DNA of 64,000 bases, taken from contig JAOOBM010000002.1 in NCBI GenBank assembly GCA_028404505.1, forward strand, positions 90,587 through 154,586. The letters are read 5' to 3'. The notes beneath the pieces are model-generated. The model was not told the origin of the DNA, made no database searches, and was given only the letters and a program-made list of their open reading frames with translations. Source of the stretch: Acidimicrobiaceae bacterium. Lineage in GTDB: Bacteria > Actinomycetota > Acidimicrobiia > Actinomarinales > Actinomarinaceae. Positions 30,260 to 40,517 of the stretch are shown here, in pieces; within the stretch, counting starts at the first letter, position 1, and each line of letters begins with the position of its first letter. The position numbers and the translations under genes are program-made.

Positions 30260-31418
30260 CTGATTTTCTTCCTAAGATATTTTCGTACTTTTTAGCTAAA
30301 GTATCTGCAACTTCATCATGAATAATTTCCCAAGCATCCTCATTGATCACTTCATTAAAGAAGCCTTTAATTAATAATTTTTCAGCATCTTCTTTGTTTA
30401 CTCCTCTAGACATCACGTAGTGATATAGAGTTTCATCAATTGGCCCAACTGATGAACCATGTCCACAAATAACGTCATCACAAAGAATCTCCAAGTTCGG
30501 AACAGATTGCGCTGATGCTTTTTCAGTTAGAATTATGTTTCTATTTTCTTGCTGAGATTCTGTTTTAACAGCTCCCTCAGCAATATGTATAGTTCCTGTA
30601 AATATAGAAGAACTTTCATCACCTAATACACCTTTGGTAATCATATTTGATGTTGTGCTTTTGCCTAGGTGATTAACAAATACTCTTGTGTCATGTATCT
30701 GAGCATTCTCTCCAAAATATACACCATCAATTTCAAATCCAGAACCATTGCCATATAAATCAATATCTAATCTTGATCTAGAAAACAAACCACCAGTACT
30801 GACCATATGAACAGATAGATTTGCATCATTTAGTAGTTTGGCATAAAGATTATTGACAATACTTATTTCATTTTTTGATGTTACATTGATAATCAATTCT
30901 AGAGTTGCATTCTGTTCTAGAAATAATTCTATTGCAGGAAATATATTGCCATTTACCAAATCACCAAAATTTAATAGGAGCTTACCTGATTTATTTTTTG
31001 CTACATTTACACCAAGATATGGGACTGCTGTTTCCTCATTTTGAAAATTAACTGAATAGTACTGACTAAAGTCATCTTGAACATTAAGTTGAAATCCACC
31101 AGTTAATTTCTCGAATTGTTCAACCAAAAATTTATCTAATGGTCTTTTAATTGACTCGTCGATGATTGGTTTCTTTATATTCGCAATGTCTGTGACTTCT
31201 ATTTTTTCTTCTTCAACGTTAACAACAAATTCGTGACAATTTGAATCAATGTTAAATGTTTCATCTTTTTCAATATTTACAGGTTTACCAATTTCAAATT
31301 CTTTGACTGAATACACATTTTTTCCTGTGTATTTCCAGTCTTCATTTTTTACAGATATATCAGGAAAATCTTTAGATGTTATTTTTCCAAGATTTTTTTC
31401 AACTAATTTTGTGTTCAA
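30249..31418 (-). CDS. sufD: Fe-S cluster assembly protein SufD.
   Basis: SufB/D family beta-helix protein between sufB and the Rieske gene. Confidence 0.75.
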   Translation of the reverse strand: MNTKLVEKNLGKITSKDFPDISVKNEDWKYTGKNVYSVKEFEIGKPVNIEKDETFNIDSNCHEFVVNVEEEKIEVTDIANIKKPIIDESIKRPLDKFLVEQFEKLTGGFQLNVQDDFSQYYSVNFQNEETAVPYLGVNVAKNKSGKLLLNFGDLVNGNIFPAIELFLEQNATLELIINVTSKNEISIVNNLYAKLLNDANLSVHMVSTGGLFSRSRLDIDLYGNGSGFEIDGVYFGENAQIHDTRVFVNHLGKSTTSNMITKGVLGDESSSIFTGTIHIAEGAVKTESQQENRNIILTEKASAQSVPNLEILCDDVICGHGSSVGPIDETLYHYVMSRGVNKEDAEKLLIKGFFNEVINEDAWEIIHDEVADTLAKKYENILGRKSDES

Positions 31419-31434
31419 ATTACTTCCTATGCAA

Positions 31435-32844
31435 TTAACCTACGGCACCGGCCTCAATCATATTGAGTTCGATTAATTTGTTAAATTCCATTGCATATTC
31501 CATTGGAAGTGTTTTAGTAAATTCTTCGACAAAGCCAGCAACGATCATTGAAGTTGCCTCTTCTTCGGAAAGCCCCCGACTCATCAAGTAAAAAAGCTGG
31601 TCTTCTCCAACTTTTGAAACTGTTGCTTCATGGCCAATTTCTGCTGAAGATTCTTCAATCTCCATATAAGGATACGTATCTGATCTAGATTCATCATCTA
31701 AAATCAATGCATCACATCTTACAAAACTTTTTGCTGTTTCAGAACCATCCTCTACTCTAACTAAACCTCTATAGGCTCCTCTTCCACCACCTTTTGAAAT
31801 AGATTTTGAAGTAATCAAGGAAGTAGTATTAGGAGCAAGATGTATCATCTTTGCACCTGTGTCCTGATGTTGACCACTATTTGCAAATGCGACTGACAAA
31901 ACCTCACCATGAGCTCCTGGCTCCATCAAGTAAACAGATGGATATTTTACTGTTAATCCTGAACCAAGGTTTGCATCGATCCATTCCATCGTTGCATTGC
32001 CATATGCTTGTGCTCTTTTTGTCACTAAGTTATAAACATCATTTGACCAGTTTTGGATTGTTGTATATCTGCAAGTACCAGATGCCTTTACTACAATTTC
32101 GACTACTGCTGAGTGCAGTGAATCAGTTGTGTAAACAGGTGCTGAACATCCCTCTATATAATGAACTGATGCTCCCTCATCCACAAGAATTAAGGTTCTT
32201 TCAAATTGACCCATATTCTCAGCGTTGATTCTGAAATATGCCTGCAGAGGATCTTCAACATGAACACCTTTTGGTACATAAATAAAAGATCCACCAGACC
32301 ATACTGCAGAATTTAATGCTGCAAATTTATTGTCTCCAGGGGGAATAACTGTTCCAAAATATTCTTTAACAAGTTCCGGATATTCTCTGACAGCAGTGTC
32401 CATGTCACAAAACAAAACACCTAATTTTTCAAGATCTTCACGATTTTTGTGATAAACAACTTCACTTTCGTATTGTGCTGTAACTCCTGCAAGGTAGCTT
32501 CTTTCTGCTTCAGGAATACCTAATTTTTCATATGTTTGTTTGATCTCTTCAGGTACTTCATCCCATGAATCTGCCTGATTTTCAGTTGGTTTGATGTAGT
32601 AATAGATATCATCGAAATCTAATTTATTTAGTTTATCTTTAGCTACCCATTCAGGCATAGGTTTATCAAGAAATCTTTTATATGCTTTTAATCTAAAATC
32701 GAGCATCCATTCTGGCTCTTCTTTAATTTCAGACATTTTTCTAATAATGTCTTCGTTCAATCCTTTTTCAGGTTTAAAAACATTCTTTTCAGGGTCAGAC
32801 CACCCCAAAGAGTATTTACCAATATCTATATCTACGTCAGTCAT
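31435..32844 (-). CDS. sufB: Fe-S cluster assembly scaffold protein SufB.
   Basis: Strong SufB homology (…[24 protein letters not shown]…; C-terminal [10 protein letters not shown]). Confidence 0.9.
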   Translation of the reverse strand: MTDVDIDIGKYSLGWSDPEKNVFKPEKGLNEDIIRKMSEIKEEPEWMLDFRLKAYKRFLDKPMPEWVAKDKLNKLDFDDIYYYIKPTENQADSWDEVPEEIKQTYEKLGIPEAERSYLAGVTAQYESEVVYHKNREDLEKLGVLFCDMDTAVREYPELVKEYFGTVIPPGDNKFAALNSAVWSGGSFIYVPKGVHVEDPLQAYFRINAENMGQFERTLILVDEGASVHYIEGCSAPVYTTDSLHSAVVEIVVKASGTCRYTTIQNWSNDVYNLVTKRAQAYGNATMEWIDANLGSGLTVKYPSVYLMEPGAHGEVLSVAFANSGQHQDTGAKMIHLAPNTTSLITSKSISKGGGRGAYRGLVRVEDGSETAKSFVRCDALILDDESRSDTYPYMEIEESSAEIGHEATVSKVGEDQLFYLMSRGLSEEEATSMIVAGFVEEFTKTLPMEYAMEFNKLIELNMIEAGAVG

Positions 32845-32871
32845 AATTTAATTCTAGTTAAGTCTCGTTTC

Positions 32872-32909
32872 AATAATAAGAGCAATGAATATAGATTTCT
32901 CTTATTATT
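32872..32909. promoter_or_regulatory. 11-bp perfect inverted repeat (AATAATAAGAG-N16-CTCTTATTATT) in the divergent sufB / ORF-32923 intergenic region. It is a candidate operator.
   Basis: The reverse complement is exact on direct reading. It sits 28-65 nt upstream of the sufB start. Confidence 0.35.
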
Positions 32910-32922
32910 AATTAAACTTTAA

Positions 32923-33360
32923 TTGATGCCTGTTATATGTGTAAATCCATCAAATAGTTCTGAAAAAGAAATTGTTGAAAAACTATCGTTGCAAAATGGT
33001 GATTTGAGGGTGTTTCTATCTGATCAATTAGAAGATACATTTAATAAATCTATTCCTGGAAAAAAAGCAATTGGTGATATTTTAGATGACACTCACATCT
33101 CAACAGCTTCACACGGTGCTTTTTGTGGGGTATTTTTTGAAGATATCAATTCGGATCTTAGAAATGTTTTTCTAAGTGCGATTAAAGAAAGTACCCTAAA
33201 AAGAATTTTATGGGTTTCAGAAAGTGCACCTACTGATGAAATTTTAAAAATAAGTAACTTGGCTTATTTGCAACATAAAAATTATGAAAATTTAACTGAT
33301 GAAATCTTGGAGTTAGAAAGTAAAGAAGAAATAGATTTTGGTTTAAAGGAAATAAGGTAA
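32923..33360 (+). CDS. Hypothetical protein (145 aa) directly upstream of and tightly coupled to the DNA methyltransferase. It could be a restriction endonuclease or an accessory protein.
   Basis: There is a 6-nt gap to the methyltransferase start. I recognise no family. A weak PD-(D/E)xK-like arrangement (ILDD ... FEDIN ... K) is speculative. Confidence 0.4.
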   Translation: MMPVICVNPSNSSEKEIVEKLSLQNGDLRVFLSDQLEDTFNKSIPGKKAIGDILDDTHISTASHGAFCGVFFEDINSDLRNVFLSAIKESTLKRILWVSESAPTDEILKISNLAYLQHKNYENLTDEILELESKEEIDFGLKEIR

Positions 33361-33366
33361 TAGATC

Positions 33367-34197
33367 ATGTCAAAAGAATCAGTTTATAAAGATGGATCAG
33401 GTTCAAGAAAAGGTTTTGTTTCAAAATTTCAAACTGAGACTAACTTTGAAACACAATCAGATAACAATGTATCAAAGTTAAATAATAAAATATTTAATAA
33501 AAGCGCCGAACATATGAGTGAGTTAATTGATAATTGTGTCTCTTTAACGGTTACTTCTCCTCCATACAATATTGGCAAATTAAGTGATCTTGATCTTGAT
33601 GACAAAAAATATTGGAAGTTAATGGAATCATGTTTTCAAGAAGTTTACAGAGTTACAGAATCAGGAGGTCGTCTAGTTGTTAATGTAGCAAATTTAGGAA
33701 GGAAGCCATATATACCTTTCTCAAATAAATTTACGGACATGTTGACTAAATTAGGATTCATTATGAGGGGTGAAATAATATGGCAAAAATCTAAAGGTGC
33801 TAATGCAAACTTTGCGTGGGGCAGTTGGTTATCTGCTTCAAATCCAGTGATTCGAGATCTTCATGAATACTGTTTGGTATTTTCAAAAGAATCATTTAAT
33901 AGAAATAAGGAAGGTGTATCTACAATTGACAAAGAAGAATTTATGGATTCAACACTTTCAATATGGAACATTCTTCCAGCAAAGGCAAAAAAAATTGGCC
34001 ATCCAGCACCTTTTCCTGAAGAACTAGTTGATAGATTTATAAATTTATATTCTTATAAGGATGAATTAATACTGGATCCATTTATGGGAAGTGGAACAAC
34101 AGCTTTGGCTGCTTTAAATTCAAATAGAAAGTATGTCGGTTACGAAATAAATAAAGAGTATTGTGATTTGGCTAACAAAAGAATTAAAGATCGTTAA
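33367..34197 (+). CDS. Beta-class DNA methyltransferase, probably N4-cytosine (SPPY) or N6-adenine.
   Basis: Motif IV TSPPYN comes before motif I DPFMGSGTT, which is the beta-class order. SPPY is typical of m4C methyltransferases. Confidence 0.75.
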   Translation: MSKESVYKDGSGSRKGFVSKFQTETNFETQSDNNVSKLNNKIFNKSAEHMSELIDNCVSLTVTSPPYNIGKLSDLDLDDKKYWKLMESCFQEVYRVTESGGRLVVNVANLGRKPYIPFSNKFTDMLTKLGFIMRGEIIWQKSKGANANFAWGSWLSASNPVIRDLHEYCLVFSKESFNRNKEGVSTIDKEEFMDSTLSIWNILPAKAKKIGHPAPFPEELVDRFINLYSYKDELILDPFMGSGTTALAALNSNRKYVGYEINKEYCDLANKRIKDR

Positions 34198-35911
34198 CTA
34201 AGTTCCAAGCAGAAAAAAGGTCTTTGTAGGTCTGATTATTTTTTAACAAATTGTTATGGCTGTCAAAACCAATTAAATTTCCATTTTCCATCACCATTAT
34301 TTTTTCAGCATTTAAAACTGTTTCGAGCCTATGAGCAATAACTATGGACGTTTGAAAAGCCAAAAGCTTTTCAGTTGCATCTAAAATTGACGACTCAGAT
34401 TCAATGTCTAAGTTGGCTGTTGCCTCGTCAAAAACAATAATTTTTCGTTTTGCTAATACAGCTCTTAAAAGAGCTACAAATTGTCTTTCTCCTGCTGAAA
34501 TATTTCCACCTCTTTCTCCAACCTCTTGATCAAGCTTGTTTTCATATCTATCAAACCAATCAAGAACACCTATAGAAGATAATTCCTCTTCCAAAGATTC
34601 AAAATCAGGTTTTGAATACATGAGATTTTCCCGGATTGTTCCTCTAAACAAGAAGCTTTCTTGTGGAACAAATGCAACATTTTCTCTAACCCAATCTTCA
34701 TCAACATCGTTAGAATCGACACCAAAATATTTCATACTGCCATTTGTAGGAAGATAAAATCTTAGAATTAATTTTGCAATAGTGCTTTTACCCGCTCCTG
34801 TTTCTCCGACAATAGCAATCTTGTCTCCTTTATTTATTGAAAATGAAACTCCATGCAAGACATTTTCTCTTCCATATGAAAAAGATACATTATCAAATTC
34901 AACTGTCTGCTCTAAATCATTATCAGGAAACTCTTCACCTTTTTTGCTCAAATTAGGCTTTTCATCAAGAATTGAGAAAACTTTCTTCATTGAGGAGCCC
35001 GCTGATCTCAATGTATCGTAATTAAATGACAATTGGATGAGAGGGTCAAAAAAATAGTTCAAATAAAATAGAAGTGCAACCAATTCTCCAACGGAAAGAG
35101 TTCCTTCAGATATTCTCTGAGAGCCAAACCATAAGACTGTTGCTATCGATGACACTCTTGTAAATTCCAAAAATGGAAAATAAACTGCAATATTTCTTGC
35201 TGATCTCATGTTTGCTTTGAAATGTTCTTTATTGACGTTTTTAAATCTTTTTATTTGAGTATCTTCATCGGTATATGCTTGAATCACTCTGACACCAGAA
35301 ATGCCTTCTTGAAGAGAGGATAGCACTTGTCCTATCCACTCTCTTACCTCCCAATAAGTTGTGTCAGCATAGTTTCTGAAAATTTTAGTTGCTATTGCCA
35401 ATATTGGCATAATCACAAAAGCAAGTATGGATAGTTGTACATCTACCAAAAAGACAGCAACAACAGCACCAAATATTGTCAACAATGCTGTTATCACACT
35501 ACTTGCACCTTCTCTCGCAAATTCATTTAAACTCTGCATATCTGAAGTTAGTCGAGCAACTAATACTCCAGTTTTATTTTTTTCAAAATAGTTAATATCA
35601 AGTGAAGACATATGTCTAAATAATTTTTCTCTCACTCTACGAACATATGTCTCTCCGACCATACCTATTGAAAGCAAGGCCTGACTGGTGACAAAATAGA
35701 GAAGAACTAAGGTAATAAAATAAAATAAAGATTGCTGAAGAACATAGTTGTAGTCAGATTTTAAAACGCCATCATCAATTCCATTTGATATTAGATTTGG
35801 TCCCACCATTCTTAATCCTGTTGCTATCAGAGCAATGAATGAGCTTATGAAAAACTTGTTGATTACCTCTGGAACCAATTTCATAGATCTTGAAAAAGTT
35901 TTATCTTTCAA
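34184..35911 (-). CDS. ABC exporter, a fused permease-ATPase half-transporter.
   Basis: N-terminal 6-TM domain, with C-terminal Walker A GETGAGKST and signature LSAGERQ. Confidence 0.85.
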   Translation of the reverse strand: MKDKTFSRSMKLVPEVINKFFISSFIALIATGLRMVGPNLISNGIDDGVLKSDYNYVLQQSLFYFITLVLLYFVTSQALLSIGMVGETYVRRVREKLFRHMSSLDINYFEKNKTGVLVARLTSDMQSLNEFAREGASSVITALLTIFGAVVAVFLVDVQLSILAFVIMPILAIATKIFRNYADTTYWEVREWIGQVLSSLQEGISGVRVIQAYTDEDTQIKRFKNVNKEHFKANMRSARNIAVYFPFLEFTRVSSIATVLWFGSQRISEGTLSVGELVALLFYLNYFFDPLIQLSFNYDTLRSAGSSMKKVFSILDEKPNLSKKGEEFPDNDLEQTVEFDNVSFSYGRENVLHGVSFSINKGDKIAIVGETGAGKSTIAKLILRFYLPTNGSMKYFGVDSNDVDEDWVRENVAFVPQESFLFRGTIRENLMYSKPDFESLEEELSSIGVLDWFDRYENKLDQEVGERGGNISAGERQFVALLRAVLAKRKIIVFDEATANLDIESESSILDATEKLLAFQTSIVIAHRLETVLNAEKIMVMENGNLIGFDSHNNLLKNNQTYKDLFSAWNLVNDL

Positions 35912-35912
35912 C

Positions 35913-37688
35913 TTAATTTTGCACTTTCTGTTCTTCTAAGAATAAATTCCTATAAGAAGATACATCCTCAAGAATTTCCTCATGTTTTCCTTGAGCTTTA
36001 ATCCTTCCGTCCTCTATAAATAAAACCTCATCACATAGCTCAATAGTTGGAACCCTATTAGTAATTATTAAAGTTGTCATTTTGTTCATAACATTCTTTA
36101 GTTCATTCCTAATCTCTTCTTCGGTTGAGGCATCGACCGCAGAAAGTGCATCATCGAGTATTAGTATTTTTGGATTTCTTACGATTGCTCGTGCAAGTGC
36201 AATTCTTTGACGCTGTCCACCAGATAATCCATAGCCACGTTCACCGACTTTAGTTTCATATGTCTCTGGTAATTGTGATATAAATTCGTGTGCTTTTGCA
36301 ATTATTGCAGCTTCTTCAACTTTCTCTTGCGAGGCCTCGATTGAACCGATAGCAATATTGTCTTTGGCTGAATTTGAAAATAAGAAACTTTCCTCGAAAG
36401 CTAAACTGACATTGCTCCTTAGCTCTTCTAATTTAATATTTGCAATATCTACTCCATCGATTTTGATATTTCCTGAATCGATATCGTATAACCTTGGAAG
36501 TAGATATGCTAATGTTGATTTTCCTGATCCAGTTGCACCAACAATAGCAATTGTTTTTTGACCACTAACCTTAAAACTAAGATCTCTAAAAATATTTTCG
36601 TTACCATAACTAAAATTTACATTTTCAAATTCAATACTTCCATTTCCATTTTCGGGAAAAGACTCTAACTTTTCATTATCAAAAATTGAAGGTTGTTCAT
36701 CCAATAACTGTAAGATTCTATTTCCAGCTGAAACACTTGAAGGAATTTCTGATAAGAACCACGCTGTTATTCTGAGTGGCCAAATTAATAATATGACGTA
36801 CTGAGTGAAAGCTATAAAGTCACCTAATGTAATTAAATCATTTAATGCTAGGTAACCTCCAAGCAAAAGGACAACCAAAGTGATAATCATTGGTATCAGT
36901 TCAAACATAGGAACAAATCTTGTTCTTAAATGTAAAAAATCTATAGAGGTATCATAAATTTTTCCTATTGAGCTTTCTACTTTTTCTGATGCTTCATTTT
37001 CATTTCCGAAAGCTTTTACAACTCTTATACCACCTAATTGTTCCTCAACTTCTGTGGTCATCTCTGCTTCAGCCTCTTTTACCCTTAACGAGATTTCCAT
37101 TGCCTTTGATGCAAAAATACCAGCTAGCCAAAGAACTAACGGAATCGATAATAGAACTATAACTCCCAGGGTAAAACTTATCGACACAAGGGTAATGCTG
37201 AGTATTAGAAGAAGAAAAACATTAGCGGTTGCTAAGGGTGCAATTGCAAAAGCAAGCCTTACTTGTGATGCATCGCTTGATGCTCTAGCCATTAATTCAC
37301 CTGTTGGTACTTTATCGTGATATTTAAATGCAAGTTTTTGCATATGACCGAAGATGCTATTTCGAATCTCTGCTTCAACATTAAATGAAACAGACATACT
37401 GAAATACCTTCTTATGCCTATTGAAGCTGCTCTTATGTAACCAATAACTATTAGAAAAGAAATGAAGACAACAATTATTTGGCGATTATTAGCAACAATA
37501 CCATCATCGACAATTCTTTTTATGAGATATGGATGTAACACAACAAGGAAACACCAAATCACCGCAGACGACATTGAAATTAAAAAGTGCTTACGATTAT
37601 TTTTTACTTCCTGTACATAAAAAGTAAGAGCTCTTTTAAATTCAGCGGTTTTGAAGACATCAAACATACTTTTTAATAATAAATGCAA
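35913..37688 (-). CDS. ABC exporter, the second fused permease-ATPase half-transporter and probable heterodimer partner.
   Basis: 6-TM domain, then Walker A GATGSGKST and signature LSGGQRQR. Confidence 0.85.
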   Translation of the reverse strand: MHLLLKSMFDVFKTAEFKRALTFYVQEVKNNRKHFLISMSSAVIWCFLVVLHPYLIKRIVDDGIVANNRQIIVVFISFLIVIGYIRAASIGIRRYFSMSVSFNVEAEIRNSIFGHMQKLAFKYHDKVPTGELMARASSDASQVRLAFAIAPLATANVFLLLILSITLVSISFTLGVIVLLSIPLVLWLAGIFASKAMEISLRVKEAEAEMTTEVEEQLGGIRVVKAFGNENEASEKVESSIGKIYDTSIDFLHLRTRFVPMFELIPMIITLVVLLLGGYLALNDLITLGDFIAFTQYVILLIWPLRITAWFLSEIPSSVSAGNRILQLLDEQPSIFDNEKLESFPENGNGSIEFENVNFSYGNENIFRDLSFKVSGQKTIAIVGATGSGKSTLAYLLPRLYDIDSGNIKIDGVDIANIKLEELRSNVSLAFEESFLFSNSAKDNIAIGSIEASQEKVEEAAIIAKAHEFISQLPETYETKVGERGYGLSGGQRQRIALARAIVRNPKILILDDALSAVDASTEEEIRNELKNVMNKMTTLIITNRVPTIELCDEVLFIEDGRIKAQGKHEEILEDVSSYRNLFLEEQKVQN

Positions 37689-37711
37689 AAGAAATAAACA
37701 CTAAGGACTTT

Positions 37712-39265
37712 GTGCATTATTTCACAAGCATATTAGAGTTCAATTTAATGAATGATGTTTTAGATAAAAAAATTGAGGATGTTTTAGATTCTGCTGACAG
37801 AATGTTTATTGCTACAAGTGTTGGCGGAAACTCATCTGGTGCTTCAGTTTTCTATGCTCGTGATGGAGAAGATCTTGTATTCTTCACGTTTAATCCAACT
37901 AGAAAAGCTGAACAAATCCGTCTAAATCCTAGAGTTCATGTTGTCATATGGCCAAAAGGACAAGAAGGCATAAGAGGTCTACAAATAGATGGAGAATGTT
38001 ACAAAATCAAAGATGAGGATGAAAAAGAAAAAGCTTATGAAATGGTTCTCTCAACTACTGAAGCTTTTAAAGAATATATGGAGGATGAATTTTTAAAGAA
38101 AAATGATGTTGTTGGTTATTACCGAATCAAACCAACAACTGTAAAATATGTTGACTTTTATCAGGAAGAGCAATTTGAGTGGAAAACATATCCAGCTAAT
38201 AGAACTTCGGCTGTGAAGTTCGCTTTTAAACTAGCGTTAAAAAGAGTTGGTCTGTGGCTACGTACTGTTAGAGCCCCCTTTCTAACAGCTACTATTGCAC
38301 CAATACTAATTGGTGCATCAGTGGCATGGAGTGATCTAAAATCAGAAAATTTAAACAGTACGTGGTCATGGAACATGTTTTGGCTTGTATTAGGTGGTGC
38401 TTGTCTTGCACAGATAGCAACTAATGCATCAAATGATTATTTTGATCATACTTCAAATGCCGATGAGATAAACAAAGTCGCAAGTCCTTTTAATGGAGGA
38501 AGTAGAGTGATTCAAGTAGGTTTAATGACTCCTGGACAAGTACTTCTAACTGCATTGGTAAGTATTATTGGAACAGTTGGTATTGGTTTATATATAAACC
38601 AACAAATTAGTGGTTTTGTTTTTGGCAACACACCAATTCTTTGGACTGGAATAATAGGAACATTTTTAGCACTTGGCTACACAGGTGATCCCATAAGACT
38701 TGGCTATAAAGGTTTTGGAGAAATCGCAATAGCTTTAGGTTTTGGCCCTGTAATGGTAATGGGTGCACATTATGTTCTTACTGCACCAATACATAATAAT
38801 GATTTATCTCTTTGGAACTGGGCTGAAGCACTAATTGCATCTATACCAATTGCTTTGTTAGTAATGCTTATCGTTTGGATAAATCAATTCCAAGACGCCC
38901 CTTCTGATGCTGCTGTTGGTAAAAATACTTGGGTTGTTCGTACGGCAGTGAATGATGGCTGGATGAGGTTAGAAAAACCATTATCTCTTTACAAACAATT
39001 TATGATTGAAGCTTTTGCATCTGTAGCTTTGATTGGTATTTTAAGTTTCTTCACTGATTTTGGAACAGTTTATGCATTCATAGCATTAATTCCATTAGGG
39101 TTAGTTTGGAAAGCATTCAAAATGGCCGATGATTGGATGGTTAAATGGAATGATCCTGAAGCAGATCGTCAAAAAGTGCCTTACGAACTCCTCCTTGTAA
39201 ATGTATCAACTATTGGAATTCATTTTTTAACAGGAATACTATTGGCTGTCGCTTATTTCATCTAA
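37712..39265 (+). CDS. menA: Fusion of an N-terminal PNPOx-like FMN-binding split-barrel domain with 1,4-dihydroxy-2-naphthoate polyprenyltransferase (MenA, UbiA family).
   Basis: The first ~150 aa show the pyridoxamine-5'-phosphate-oxidase-like fold. The remainder matches E. coli MenA: RAPFLTATIAPILIGASVAW, Asp-rich motif NASNDYFDHTSNAD, and the second motif DAPSDAAVGKNTWVVR. Confidence 0.75.
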   Translation: MHYFTSILEFNLMNDVLDKKIEDVLDSADRMFIATSVGGNSSGASVFYARDGEDLVFFTFNPTRKAEQIRLNPRVHVVIWPKGQEGIRGLQIDGECYKIKDEDEKEKAYEMVLSTTEAFKEYMEDEFLKKNDVVGYYRIKPTTVKYVDFYQEEQFEWKTYPANRTSAVKFAFKLALKRVGLWLRTVRAPFLTATIAPILIGASVAWSDLKSENLNSTWSWNMFWLVLGGACLAQIATNASNDYFDHTSNADEINKVASPFNGGSRVIQVGLMTPGQVLLTALVSIIGTVGIGLYINQQISGFVFGNTPILWTGIIGTFLALGYTGDPIRLGYKGFGEIAIALGFGPVMVMGAHYVLTAPIHNNDLSLWNWAEALIASIPIALLVMLIVWINQFQDAPSDAAVGKNTWVVRTAVNDGWMRLEKPLSLYKQFMIEAFASVALIGILSFFTDFGTVYAFIALIPLGLVWKAFKMADDWMVKWNDPEADRQKVPYELLLVNVSTIGIHFLTGILLAVAYFI

Positions 39266-39889
39266 TTGAACAAACCAGCCAATTTCTCAAATATTCATAA
39301 ATACTACGACCTTATCAATACAATTACTACCTTAGGTTTTGACAAATCATGGAGAAGTCAAGCTGCTAGAAACCTAAACCCAGGAAGCGTACTTGACTTA
39401 GGCAGTGGAACTGGTGCTTCATATAAAGACCTTAATAGTTTTGATGTTACAGCACTTGATCCTGATGAACAGATGCTTTCATTAAATAAATTCGATAGAA
39501 AAATTGTAGGTAGAGGTGAGGATTTACCATTTAATGAAAATTCTTTTGATAATGTTTTATGTTGTTTTGTTTGGAGAAATATTTCCGAAACTGAAAAGGT
39601 AACAAATGAAGTTTATCGTGTACTTAAACCTGGTGGTAAATTTATATTGCTAGATATGACAAGACCAAAAAATTTTATACTTAAAATTTTACATAAAATT
39701 GGAACTTTTATTCTTTTGCACTTTATTGGCCTTGTAACCATAAATCTCAAAGAATATAGATTTTTACATAAGTCGCTAGATTTTTATCCTCAACCTGAAA
39801 TTCATTTATCAAAAAACGAATATTTAAGTCTCGACATAAAAAGAAAAGGCTTATTTGATTTTGTTTATTTAGCCGTATTTACGAAATAG
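39266..39889 (+). CDS. menG: Demethylmenaquinone methyltransferase (UbiE/MenG family).
   Basis: YDLIN...SWR, SAM motif VLDLGSGTG, and LPF..NSFD...YRVLKPGGKFILLD, all closely parallel E. coli UbiE. The TTG start lies immediately after the menA stop. Confidence 0.75.
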   Translation: MNKPANFSNIHKYYDLINTITTLGFDKSWRSQAARNLNPGSVLDLGSGTGASYKDLNSFDVTALDPDEQMLSLNKFDRKIVGRGEDLPFNENSFDNVLCCFVWRNISETEKVTNEVYRVLKPGGKFILLDMTRPKNFILKILHKIGTFILLHFIGLVTINLKEYRFLHKSLDFYPQPEIHLSKNEYLSLDIKRKGLFDFVYLAVFTK

Positions 39890-39890
39890 T

Positions 39891-40517
39891 TTACTGATTA
39901 GCTAATTGAACTAATTGAGCAAGTACAATATTTTCAGGAATATTTCCTGTTTGTCTTGCAACTACATTCAAATCTTTATCTAGGAATACCCAGTAAGGAA
40001 ATGCATTTAATCCATAATAGGTTCCAATTTCTCTTTCAAGATCATAAAGCTGCAATTCACTCCATCCCTCGTCAGCTAACCATCTTTGAGGAGGATAATT
40101 TTCTCTACCACGATCAATAGATGTTGCAATAGCAATAACTTCTACACCATCTGGCACACCAACTGTGTCTATTAAGTTTTGTACAATTGGAACTTCTTTT
40201 TGGCAATATCCGCACCAATGAGCAAGGAATAGAAGTGCTTTTGCATTACCATTTTTTTCTACAGTAACTATTTCCGAATTTTCGTTAGGTGCTGAGAATG
40301 TAGGAGCTGGTAAACCTGCAACAATATTTAAATCATTTTCGCCAGCAAATTCAGGAAGTGGTTCACCTGAGACCGTTATCTCACCTTCAGGTAATCCTGC
40401 TGTTACTGGTTCAGAGCTTAACGTAACACCAATAGCGATAGCTAGTCCTAAAACTAAAATTACCACACCAGCAATAATAAAATTTTTATTCAACAAATTC
40501 CTTTCTCGCAAATTCAT
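39891..40517 (-). CDS. Membrane-anchored thioredoxin-like thiol:disulfide oxidoreductase (TlpA/ResA family).
   Basis: N-terminal TM helix and thioredoxin CxxC motif WCGYCQ. The start was chosen at MNLRERN; the tracked ORF begins 18 nt earlier. Confidence 0.7.
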   Translation of the reverse strand: MNLRERNLLNKNFIIAGVVILVLGLAIAIGVTLSSEPVTAGLPEGEITVSGEPLPEFAGENDLNIVAGLPAPTFSAPNENSEIVTVEKNGNAKALLFLAHWCGYCQKEVPIVQNLIDTVGVPDGVEVIAIATSIDRGRENYPPQRWLADEGWSELQLYDLEREIGTYYGLNAFPYWVFLDKDLNVVARQTGNIPENIVLAQLVQLANQ

